From contig JALAGF010005957.1 of the NCBI GenBank assembly GCA_030167865.1, positions 1 through 33,525 of the forward strand: a stretch of 33,525 bases of DNA, given 5' to 3'. Each line of letters opens with the position of its first letter. The stretch's first letter is position 1. Position numbers and translations under genes: made by a program. Below the pieces are notes generated by a model. It saw only the letters and a program-made list of their open reading frames with translations, was not told the DNA's origin and did no database searches. This DNA is from Craspedostauros australis (taxonomy: Eukaryota). Shown here piece after piece: positions 1 through 10,521 of the stretch.

Positions 1-246
1 ATATCAATGAATCAAACGAAGACGTCGCTGCGACATTGCTTTGTCAACATCTCACAAACAACGAAGAAACACAACAAATGACAAAAAGCACTTTGGGGTC
101 GTACTAGTCGTAAACTGAAGTATTTGATGCACTTGCCGGGTGTCCCGGCTTGTTCGCAATTTTGTCTGTGTGTCTGATGATTGGGAGCGCGCGCCACGAT
201 CGAAAACACTGATTTTTGAAACGGGTCGAAGGAATCGGAGACTGCA

Positions 247-260
247 TTTCGGCGCGAAAA
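247..260. promoter_or_regulatory. Putative E2F-binding site upstream of histone H2B
   Basis: TTTCGGCGCGAAAA; the minus strand reads TTTTCGCGCCGAAA, matching the E2F consensus TTTSSCGC, ~250 bp upstream of an S-phase-type gene. Motif match only. Confidence 0.4.
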
Positions 261-462
261 CTGAGAACGCGGCAACACAGCAGCACAGCAACACAACAGC
301 ACAACAACACAGAAACGCGGATGGGCACAAAGCAACAAGAGAAAGAGTCGATCTCCATTTGCTCATAACTCCAACCACACCCCAAACCTCACCCATCCAG
401 CACATATCACCACCAACAACCATAACAACAATCACAATAACAACACTGAGTACAGCGTATAT

Positions 463-495
463 ATTCACATTCACATTCACATTCACACTCACATT
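463..495 (+). repeat. (ATTCAC)n hexamer microsatellite just upstream of the H2B ATG (probable 5' UTR)
   Basis: attcac attcac attcac attcac actcac att. Confidence 0.8.
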
Positions 496-505
496 AACTT
501 TCACA

Positions 506-859
506 ATGGCCAAGACACCATCCAAGCAATCCGCCAAGGCGCCGAAGAAGGCCTCCACGGGATCGTCGAAGTCTAAGAAGCGCACGGAGACGTACTCGTC
601 CTACATCTACAAGGTGCTGAAGCAGGTGCACCCAGACACCGGAATCTCGAAGAAGGGCATGTCCATCATGAACTCCTTCATCAACGACATCTTCGAGCGC
701 ATCGCCACCGAGGCAGGCAAGCTCGCCACCTACAACAAGAAGGCCACCCTGTCCTCGCGAGAGATCCAGACCGCTGTGCGCCTCATGCTGCCGGGAGAGC
801 TCGCGAAGCACGCCGTCTCTGAGGGAACCAAGGCTGTCACCAAGTTCAGCTCCAGCTAA
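506..859 (+). CDS. H2B: Histone H2B (117 aa, intronless)
   Basis: [15 protein letters not shown]...[44 protein letters not shown]...[33 protein letters not shown] is a canonical H2B histone fold. ATG at 506; the longer ORF from 140 uses a non-ATG start and is low complexity. Confidence 0.98.
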   Translation: MAKTPSKQSAKAPKKASTGSSKSKKRTETYSSYIYKVLKQVHPDTGISKKGMSIMNSFINDIFERIATEAGKLATYNKKATLSSREIQTAVRLMLPGELAKHAVSEGTKAVTKFSSS

Positions 860-1632
860 ACCCTGTGTCATGCATGTTCACGCATAACTGCACGCACAAC
901 TGCATGTATCAATGTGATTCGAGCAATGTGCGACAGCGCAGTGGAACCGGATGAGGCAGTATTGCATTGAACGATACTCCTGTGGTGCACATGTCATTCC
1001 ACCAACAAGCGTCACAATATAGTATAATCATCACAACAATCATCACAACACCCTGACGATGCAAAGTTGTGGAGATGAAAACACCTGGGCTCGAAGTGCC
1101 ACGACACGAAAGTAAATGCGGAAGGCATCTTACACTGCTTCACTCGCATGGTGGCCAGAAAAGATGACTCGAAGATCCATTCGAAGGGGAGCAAACACGG
1201 TCAAACGCCACAGCTTGTGGTGACACGGACAGGGAAACGGCACCATAATCTAGCTCGAGGCGGAGACAAAGAGCCAATGTAACAACTACAATAACAACCT
1301 GCATAGAACAACACCAAAAGCAAACGGGCAGTTTCACGATTCTCTCGCGAGAGTAACAATGCTCTACCGTTCTAAGACATTATGCAGTCCGCAACCGATG
1401 TCCACGACTGCGACCATGTTGTTGATATACATTCCACTTGCGTCCCGCACATCACCCACCTTTCGCAACATATTATAGTCGTAGCGAGTTGCGATAGATT
1501 GCCAATTACTCCACTCCACAGAAATAGGGCGCCTCTACATCCAAATGCATCTGCTGGACAGAGTACCGGTAGCAGCCCCGTGCATACGCACAAGTACCCT
1601 CCACCATCTCAGTGCTCGTCGAGCAGAGCATC

Positions 1633-3684
1633 TCAGTACACCATCTCCGCGTCACCGGGGTCGCTGTTGCTGCCAAGGTTGTCGGGAATCGCCGACAGCG
1701 GGTTGCCGCCGTTGCGCCGGGGTTGGCCGCGTTCCGCGTCGCGCTGCTTCCTGTTGCGGAAGGCGTGGCTCACCTTTTCGCGCCCATCGTAATCGCTGAC
1801 GAGCACCCAGTCGTTGTCATCGCCGCGCTTCAGGAACCTCCCACCTGCGGCCTTCACCATCTGCACGATCCCTTTGGAGATGGAGGTCTTGGTGGAGCGG
1901 TCGGATTCGGAGAACACGGGGTAGTACTGGTCGATCCATTCTGACAGCCGCTTGTTGCCCGGCCATTCCTGGAACGGCCGTCCGCGTCCCAGCAGCACGT
2001 CGTTGGGGTGCGGATATTCAATGGCCTCCGCCCCCTCCCGCTGCTGCTGCTGACGCTTTTGTTCCTGCTCCTGCATCTCCAGCAGATGCCGTTCCTGCAA
2101 CCATGCGAATGTCCTAGTGATGTCACGGTTGCCGTGCGAATCCACCGGCAGGCCATCGGCGCTGATCCCGAACGTCATCAATGAGTACTGGCATTCCGTG
2201 TGGGAACCTGGTGTCGATGGTTCGGAGAAGATGAACCAGACAGAGTAGAGCAGAAGATGATTGCGGTGAGACGGAGGTGCATTCAACGTGCATTCAATGA
2301 ATCCAACGTGCATTCAACGGGCATCCAATGTGCATGGGCGAACGACATCATCAATTCGAAGGGAGTCGGCTCTCACGAGGAGCCCTGACGAAGCAAGCAA
2401 GCATGTAGCACGCAGGCAAAAGAAAGAAGCACGGACGATGCGCTTACCGTAATGCGTCCGGAACCGCAGTCGGTTGTTCCTCCCCAAGGCCAGCTGCGCC
2501 ACAGCCAGCGCTGGAAGAAGCTTGGGGTCATTGTAACAATAGTGGACGGCCGTGTTGCGAATGGGGGTGGCATCGACCATCTTGGTGGTGATCGTCATGA
2601 CCTGCCGATCCAGCATGGAATCCCTGAGGACGTCAAATCCCACGTTGTAGAGAATCAACACTGTGCCTATCTTTTGGGATAGATCATCTTCCGCCATGGC
2701 CTCCAGGAAGTAGCATGTTGCACGGAACTGCGTGCCGGTCCAGATCGCGAAGATACATGCAATGGCACATGCAAGGACAGATCCAAGGGAAGGTGCAAGA
2801 GGAGAAAAAATGCGAAAGTGAGAGACTGCGGCACCTTGCCAATACACCCCAGTCCATTTCAAGAACCTACGCAATCGCATGCGCCATACACGATTCGTAC
2901 GTACCAGGTCCTGCCAAGTGTCGTAGCGCTGATACTTCTGACAAGCAGCGTAGCAGATGCGGCCTTTCCTGTCCCTGTTGGGTAATTTGGTGAGCGCCCC
3001 CGTCTTGAGATAGTCCATGCCGCCATCCCCAATATCCTGCAGCGTGATCTTCTTGACGAGCTTCTCGAGGCCGAACAGCTCGAGCTTGAACTGGAAATGT
3101 CTGACGAGGCGTTCCGCGGCCTTTCGCGTGTCGTACTGTTCCGTGCGCAGGAAGAGGAGCTTGTAGTTGCGGGCTTGGATGAAGCTGGGGGACATGAACA
3201 TGGCGCGCTCGTAGGCGGAGCGTTGCTGCACCTGCTTGAGCTCGTAGTCCATTTCCGTGAGCTTTGCCTTGAGGAGGTCCGGCGTCTCCTCCGTTTCGTT
3301 GGCCACCCCGTGAACCTGCTCGTAGACGCGGTTGCGTTCCTGCACGCTGAGCTCGTTCATCTCCTTGGCCAGCATCCTGTCGGTCTCCGTGAGCGGTATG
3401 TCATGCGCCGAGGCGACCGATCCGTGGCCCAGGAATTGGTGGTCGTCGTTGGATGCGGAACCGGCCGAAGTTGCTGCGGATGCATTGGAGGAGACCGAGG
3501 CCGTGCCGATGTTGGTTGGGTTCCAGTTGGGCGTGAAGCACGATCGGGTCCTGCTCTGCGAGAAGGAGACGCCCTGTGGGAACTGCGGGTTGTACTGCTG
3601 CGCCGTCATGTTGGTCTGACTGTTGAGACTTGAGCGGTTCGGAGCAGACGAGAAGCAGCTGTTGCCAAGGGATCCGCTGTCCAT
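1633..3684 (-). CDS. Diatom-family protein with CRAL-TRIO/Sec14-like region and C-terminal DUF6824 domain (~544 aa); exons 3684-2905, 2727-2448, 2207-1633
   Basis: Motifs ELSVQERNRVYEQVHG and LLFLRTEQYDTRKAAERLVRHFQFKLELFG; spliced RFRTHY-G-SHTECQYSLMTFGI; DUF6824-type PHPNDVLLGRG...WPGNKRL...GGRFLK...W......REKVSHAFR. Donors GTACGT (2904) and GTAAGC (2447), CAG acceptors (2728, 2208), frame preserved. Start chosen as the first in-frame ATG. Confidence 0.82.
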
Positions 3685-3907
3685 GATTGCGGTCGAGGTG
3701 AGTGGTTTGAATGTTGTGGATGTTGTGAATGTTGCAATTGCGTTGGCTGCCCGTATAACTTCTGAAGCTTGCCTTGTGCGCACAGGATCCTGCGGCTGTT
3801 GTTGTTGGTGCCGCCGGAGATGCTTTGCATCTGGACCTGAATCTCCCAGACACGCAATTGGCTTTCGCTTCACTTGGCTCCACCGTGATCCAATCCCAAT
3901 GCGGTGC

Positions 3908-3943
3908 AGTATACTATTATATTATATAATAGAATAGTATACT
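3908..3943. repeat. Near-perfect 36-bp AT-rich palindrome
   Basis: AGTATACTATTATATTATATAATAGAATAGTATACT is self-complementary except for the 3919/3932 pair. Confidence 0.85.
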
Positions 3944-4152
3944 TGTAGTAGCGATAGCGATAGCGGTAGCAGCACGAGCGTAATATGCTCGAATGCAGTC
4001 CTCTCCTCTGTTGTATAATATTAATAGAATATAATGTGATAGAATACGAGGTACTCGGACGCTCCAATTCTGATGCGATGAAACGCAATAGAACACAATT
4101 GAACACGATTGGACGCAGCACAGCAGAGTGCTAGTGTGAATCCAAGCACGTA

Positions 4153-4188
4153 TCCAGGTCCCAGGTCCCAGGTCCCAAGTCCAAGTCC
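4153..4188 (+). repeat. Short tandem repeat (CCAGGTC)n degenerating to CCAAGT
   Basis: tccaggtcccaggtcccaggtcccaagtccaagtcc. Confidence 0.7.
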
Positions 4189-5656
4189 GATGTCTTCCTC
4201 CAAGTGGGATGAGATGGAGACAGAGCCGAGGGGAGTCCTTGAAGGCCCCGGTCGTCTGTTGCCTGTTCTTGATTGTGGCTGCGGATCTCGCACCGTCTCT
4301 CCTCGGATGGGAACAATGACAGTTGCAAGATCTCCTGCTGGTTGTTCCTCGTGCTGCGGTTGGTGCTCTGCTAGTCGTAGCAGTCCTTCTTGTCGCTGTT
4401 GCTGTTGATGATGATGCTGTCTCCAATGGCTCGATCGAGTATCGGTGGTTCTGTTTCTGTCTCTGTTTGTGTTGCTGTTGCTGCAAATACAAACACAAAC
4501 GCGGTTTGTCCAGCCGCCTCAGCTTCCTTTGGTGTCTCCCTTTGATGTCTCTCTTCGATGTTGTCACAGAAGGTACCGCCAGGCAGGGGGCACTGATGGC
4601 TGCAGGCTCGAATTCAAACAGAGCAGAGCAATGGTTTCCGACACAACAAGTGGGGGTGAGCAGAGCCGATCCTGTTATAGTATTGTGATGGTTGGTGGCG
4701 TTCACTGTGACACCCAGGCTCATGTGGTTGTGGGGTGGGGAGGAACAGAGAGAGAAAGATACCAAGTGCGACAGCGAAGAAGGAGATTTTCGGCAGTTCA
4801 GCCACCATCGCCAGCCGCTGTGCCCCCCATTGGGTTTGGGGCTGTGTCCGCACCGCCCTCGTCGCGTGTGTCTTTCTTTGGTTGTGTCCTCTGTTCGGAG
4901 CCGTGGGACTCTCGGGTTATCTCTGTGTCGATTCCGATCGGGCGGAGTTTCTGGGGAGCGCTCCTTTGTTCCTCTGACAGATGTTCCTTCCACTCTTCCG
5001 TCCTTCGCAGCTGCACTTTGGGCAGACCGCGTGTCATGTTGTCGCCACCAAACGTGTTTCGTGTTGTTCGCTCCTTCGTCGGTTCGATTCGAAGCGTGTT
5101 GGTCTTGCGTACCTCTTACTACTGCGTATGCGTGATCGCTTTGCGTCCATTCGCTACACCCCACGCTCGCGTCTGTGTCCATGACAACGAGCAAACACAA
5201 CAGCTTCTGGATAACCCCTTCGTCACAACAGGACATGGTATGCGAAGCAATCGCTATGTGAAGAAACGCACTATGATGCTATGGGAATTTCTTCGAATTC
5301 ACATTTAACCCCGCAACACCACATGACGTGAAGCCTTTTCCATAGAAATGACAAAAAGCCAACGTCGAATACCTTGCATAGTACTACTACTCGACACCAG
5401 ACAGCCAAACGTTGACAGGCAGCACAAAGCAGGCGCGAAGCGAAAAGTGGAACCGGGCGAATCCGATCATCGCACCAGAACGCGGACCAACTGCGACAGG
5501 TGGCGTTCGCGTTGTCACGGTTCATGTCGCAGACATACGTTTCACATGGAACAAACAAAGTCTCTTCTCCAACCATTGACTAATGCGATTAATGTTTCAC
5601 TCGTCTTTGTCTGTCTAGATAAGAGATCTCGTAGACTTGAGTATCTTTTGGCATGA

Positions 5657-5664
5657 TGACGTCA
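5657..5664. promoter_or_regulatory. TGACGTCA (CRE/aureochrome-type bZIP site) upstream of the plastid cyclophilin
   Basis: Perfect palindrome ~270 bp upstream of ATG 5930; motif match only. Confidence 0.3.
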
Positions 5665-5929
5665 GAACTTCAAAACGTTGTTTCTTCCTTGACACCCCAA
5701 CAACGTGATCTTTCTGGATCCTGGGCGTCCACATGATGGTCTATGGCGGTGTGTGATGGCAAGGACAGCGATCGGAGGAGCAATCGGAGGGATGAACGAT
5801 CCCATCCATCACCATCATCATCACTACCATCACAATCACCGCTTCCATTGCAGAGAGTGAATGTATATTGCGTAACAGAACCAAACACAAGCCAAAAAAA
5901 GCCAACAAAAGTCAACAAAGTCAATCATC

Positions 5930-8191
5930 ATGAAGGTCCTTGCCGTTCTGTTCGTCATTGCCGCATCCCTGATTTCGGTCAGCGCGTTTGCTCCACTCCC
6001 TCCATCCACCACTTCCACCACTTCCACTACCTCCACTGCCTCCGCATGGACAGCCTCAAAGCAGATCGATCAATCATCGACGCAACTGCACATGTTCGAT
6101 GGCATCTTTGATGGCATCTCAAAGGCCATCTTCGGAAGCACAGATGCGGAGATCACGGAGACGGTCTACTTCGACATCGACATCGACGGGGAGTCCGCGG
6201 GACGCATCGAGATGGGACTCTACGGTTCGACCGTCCCCAAGACCGTGGAGAACTTCAAACAGCTCTGCACCGGAGAGCCTGGATTCGGCTACAAGGGATC
6301 CACCTTCCATCGTGTCATTCCGGGATTCATGTGCGTGCAATATCACAATCATCATCACAATCATTATCACATTGACAACAGCAGCTCCAACGAATGCATT
6401 CCATTTCTTCGTGCACATCAACTCATCTATCTCCTTCTTTTTCTTCTTCTGCTTCTGCGTCTGATCCACAATCTCATATGATATCTCCATCTTCCAATTC
6501 CATTCTCTAACTTGTGCATTCGTTCATTCATTTATTCATTCATTGATGTTCTTGATCACGCTCCACCATTTATTCCAATTCTTCGGCAATACTGCAACGA
6601 TGCACAACAGGTGCCAAGGTCAGTGGAGTGCTCTGCAATGCTCCACCCGCACATTGAGTGCGATTTCAAGACTCTTCCCTTGAATACTCGTAACGCGTTG
6701 TACATGCCATCGCGTTCGTTCTCGCGTGAGCAAGCTCTGCTCTTCAGCCTTACGTACAAAGGCAACGATCAAGTTGGCGTCAAAACGCTTGGTTTTGTTT
6801 TCGTCACATCGACTGATTTCCATCTCTTTCATCGCCCACCCTGTTACATGCCGATACACACGACCGCATGCTCTCACGTCCACTTTGTCTCTCCCAATCC
6901 TCCTTCTCAAATCCCCGTTCCACCCACAACACTTGCCTGCCCGCGTATTGCCGACTGCGTCCTGCGTGCCGTGCATTCCCACAGGCGGTGACTTCACCAA
7001 CGGCAACGGAACGGGCGGCAAGAGCATTTACGGACGAGTCTTTGATGATGAGAACTTCGACCTCGCCCACGGAGGACCAGGTACGTCTCCATCCGAAATG
7101 CGCTCGTGGTATTGTGCAAGTAGAGAGACGACTGGTGCACCGATATCCTCGAGAGTATTTGTACGACTCTTCCACTCTGGCCTTAGATAGATCCATGATG
7201 ATACAGCTGGGTATCGCATCATGCTTTGCTTGATGCTGTGCTTCTTCTTCGCAATGTATCGTTGACTGACTTTCACACTCACGCTTCCCCCGTCGTGCTT
7301 CCGTGCCTACCGACAATGCAAAAACAACGCCCTGGCCGCAACCAAACGCACACCGTGTGACGACTCGACATTATCCCTCTGCCAATTGTACGCTTCAGGA
7401 ACACTGTCCATGGCCAATGCTGGACCTAACACCAACGGGAGCCAATGTGAGTACTCTACAAGTTCGGAAGGCATGTGCCGAGTCGATGTGCTGCGTGTCG
7501 GTCACGCTGCGTGCATCTATTCTTATGCACATTTGGTGGCGAAACGCACTGCATGTGTGCATCGTCGCGTGGTGTGGCGTTGCGTTGTGTGGCGTCTCCT
7601 GTCATGCAATGTCACGGCTGCTGAGATATATCATCCATGTGATGGATGAGCGGCTTGTGCCGCAGGTGGTTCCGACAACAAGACATGCGTGATGGAGCCA
7701 AGCATCCCGTGCACACATTTGGCAACGATTCAGTTGCTGCGCGGTATCGTGTCACACGCCACGCCATTGCAAGCCATTTCACCCCATGCAATTGCACCAC
7801 ATAGCCTCGTGTCCTTTCCCTGCTGCGTGTTGCGATGGATCACTTCTTCGATCCGCTGATCCACCATCACTGCAACAGTGAACATGAACATGAACTTGAA
7901 CACTAATCGCCACCTTCTGCCACTGTCGCGATTCTATTCGATTCTATGACACTATTGCCATCCGCACCATTCGATGTCCACACATCATCCACGCACACAC
8001 ATACATGCATCCACACCACAAACGCTGCAGTCTTCCTGTGCACCGCCCAGACGCCATGGTTGAATGGCAAGCACACCGTGTTCGGCAAGGTGACGAACGG
8101 AATGGACCTCCTGCGCAAGATCGAGACCTACGGAACAGAGATGGGCCGCCCAAAGGCCACCATCACCATCGCCGACAGCGGTACCATTTAG
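5930..8191 (+). CDS. Plastid-targeted cyclophilin-type peptidyl-prolyl cis-trans isomerase (~237 aa); exons 5930-6330, 6611-6618, 6985-7080, 7399-7446, 8031-8191
   Basis: Signal peptide ending VSA-FAP (ASAFAP motif) plus an S/T-rich transit peptide. The spliced product reads [80 protein letters not shown]...[40 protein letters not shown]. All four introns are GT-AG and phase-consistent. Confidence 0.95.
6611..6618 (+). other. 8-nt micro-exon (GTGCCAAG) of the cyclophilin
   Basis: Context acag|GTGCCAAG|gtcagt. It supplies (AT)G TGC CAA G(GC) = M-C-Q-G, restoring the conserved FMCQGGDF motif and the reading frame. Confidence 0.88.
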
Positions 8192-8854
8192 ATCCGTGCA
8201 CCATGGTATGGACCAAAAGAGGATCCATGCGTATGGTAGATAGGGGAGTGACTATGCAACTGAAGCGCAGAAATGTGACCAAGAAAGATGTGCCCACCGT
8301 TGATCATGCGCATTCAGATTGAAATCTCCAGCCCTCTCACTCTCTTGGGAGACTCTTCCACGATGTGTGGATTCTCAGAGATCGTCAACCACATAGAGCA
8401 GAGTAGAGTGCTATTGCTGCTTCCCTCCAAAAACTCGTGGATTCGAGCTAAAGCTAGAGACTGATTGAAGAACCAATACGATCTACCTGCATACTCGCAG
8501 AGTTCTCTACACTGGCGAGCAGTCTACCGTGTGATGACCATCTCGTGGTTTTGTTCTTCGCGCGGTCTGTCCGTCGCACGGAAAGTGCGTAGACACCAAC
8601 GAAAAAGGGATCCTCGTGATTCACTGTTTGCGCACATCGAACATCAACTCCGCATTTCTCCACTTGTTGATACAGTCCATTCCCATCGTTCACTGTCCAT
8701 TGTCTAACCCACAGCCAAATATTACATAATATTACAGAATACCTCTATATTAACGTACACCAGCACTGTCACCATGACCATCACTACCTGCAGGAATGAG
8801 ACATCTTCAACAGGCAAGAGTAAAAGCAGCAGCAGAAGCAAGGACGCCAGCACC

Positions 8855-9739
8855 ATGAATTCTGTGATCTCGCTGGCCGGCAGCAAGCTGAAGTCCAAGA
8901 TGGGCGCCCGTCTCAACGAATCGGCAGCGACGGGACCGTCCGAATTCGCCCGCCTGCAGCTCGAGAAGATGGGTTGGAAGGAGGGCAGCGGGTTGGGAAA
9001 GAACAAGCAGGGCATCGCGACGCACATCCGCGTCAAGAAGCGCATCGATGAGGAGGGCGGATTGGGGAAGAAGGATTCTCATCTCGATGCCTCCGTCAAG
9101 GGCGTCATCGGGAAGGAGTGGTGGAAGTCGAGCGTGGGAGATACCTTGGCTCGGTTGTCTGGTGGCAAGTCCAGCACCAAGTCTAGTGGCAAGTCCAGTG
9201 GCAAGTCCAGTGGCAAGCGAGAGAAGAAGGCCAAGAAAGAAAAGAAAGCAAAAAAGAACAGCAGCAAGCGCAAGCGAGAGTACACGGACGAGGAGCTCTT
9301 CCAGGCGACGGGCGGTGCTCGGTTTGGAATGCGAGCGCAGTCGCGTCAGGCAGGCAAGTGGCAGCGCACCGAGGCCAGAAGCAAACGGAGGCTTGAAGAG
9401 GAGGCCAATGCCAGGAATGCGGTGGAATGGAGCGGGCAGGGAGAGGCCATGGTTGTGCTTGGCACCAACGGAAAGCGCAAACGGTGCAAATCATCAAAGG
9501 ATGATGAGGGGAGCGAACCAATGGGCGCAGCTGCGGCTGGGGGAGAGACGCAAAACAGCGTCACACGCACAGATGGTAGCGCGCAACATACCAGTATTGG
9601 TAGCGACGGCAAGAGCGCAACGCCAGAAGGGCAGACGGTCGCGAAGGACACGGCGAAGCAACAACAGAAGAAGAAGAAAGACAAGAAAAGCAAGAAATCA
9701 AAGAAGTCAAAGAAGAGCAGAGATGCGAAGGTGGCGTGA
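8855..9739 (+). CDS. G-patch domain protein (PinX1/Pxr1/GPATCH4-like, probable nucleolar Prp43/DHX15 cofactor), ~294 aa
   Basis: G-patch SEFARLQLEKMGWKEGSGLGKNKQGIATHIRVKKR...GLG, then WW, a TDEELFQATGGARFGMRA motif and K-rich tails. An alternative upstream ATG lies at 8774. Confidence 0.85.
   Translation: MNSVISLAGSKLKSKMGARLNESAATGPSEFARLQLEKMGWKEGSGLGKNKQGIATHIRVKKRIDEEGGLGKKDSHLDASVKGVIGKEWWKSSVGDTLARLSGGKSSTKSSGKSSGKSSGKREKKAKKEKKAKKNSSKRKREYTDEELFQATGGARFGMRAQSRQAGKWQRTEARSKRRLEEEANARNAVEWSGQGEAMVVLGTNGKRKRCKSSKDDEGSEPMGAAAAGGETQNSVTRTDGSAQHTSIGSDGKSATPEGQTVAKDTAKQQQKKKKDKKSKKSKKSKKSRDAKVA
9158..9217 (+). repeat. 12-bp coding tandem repeat encoding (SSGK)-like x5
   Basis: tctggtggcaag tccagcaccaag tctagtggcaag tccagtggcaag tccagtggcaag. 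Confidence 0.8.
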
Positions 9740-10521
9740 TGGAGTGTGGTTGAATGTGACTGAGTGCATTTCCACTAACGTGGACGTGGGCACGATGGTG
9801 CATGGTACAGTCATGCTGTGCAGCCATGGTTCCATCTTGTCGCCGATGCAACTGCGCAGAAGGCTCAGCTCGGCATTCTCTCCAGAGTAACCCCAACCGC
9901 ACGCGCATACAACAATGGCAGAGACACTTGCGCAACTGATGATGCAACGATATGGTGCGCCCCTTATGGTACAGGCCGGTTGGGATGCACAAAGAGGGTT
10001 CTTCGGCACCATGCCGTTCCCTCGACTCGTACAGACCCACCAGCTTCAAAGCGAGGCCGCGTAAAAGACGGAATGCTCTACTTGTCACGTGCTCCACGTT
10101 CCCATACCTGTGTGGGGTTGGTACAGTACAAGTACTCACATTGGTTCAAAAGTAGAACTCGAAGCACGTTGACAATCAACACACTCGCACACGCGTTCTT
10201 TCCCTACATTCATTGATGTATTCGTTTCTTTGATTCACTTGAGGATTATTGTAAACCCACCGGTACAGATATTAGAAGGCAGGAGCACATAGTCCGTAGA
10301 GCGTCACATCAGTGCGCAGACTCACGCACACCTGCCATCGAGTGTTGATGCGTGGCATAGTAGCATGCCACATGATCCCATGCCATCGCCGCTGGTGACT
10401 TGGTCCCATACGATGACACTACGCGGCCATCCAGCCCCGCCGCTTCGTTCCCTTTCTTTCCCAAAACCCTTGTCACTGTCACTGACACCCATGCCCATCC
10501 ATTGTGGTATGAGTGTTGGCA

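Noticed and set aside
140..505. 122-aa N-terminal extension of histone H2B suggested by ORF 140-859
   Set aside because: Non-ATG start and low-complexity T/F repeats from a microsatellite; canonical H2B begins at ATG 506.
6331..6340. Alternative cyclophilin donor after ATG TGC (GTGCAA) without a micro-exon
   Set aside because: No acceptor supplies the conserved Gln in frame; joining to 6985 shifts the frame.
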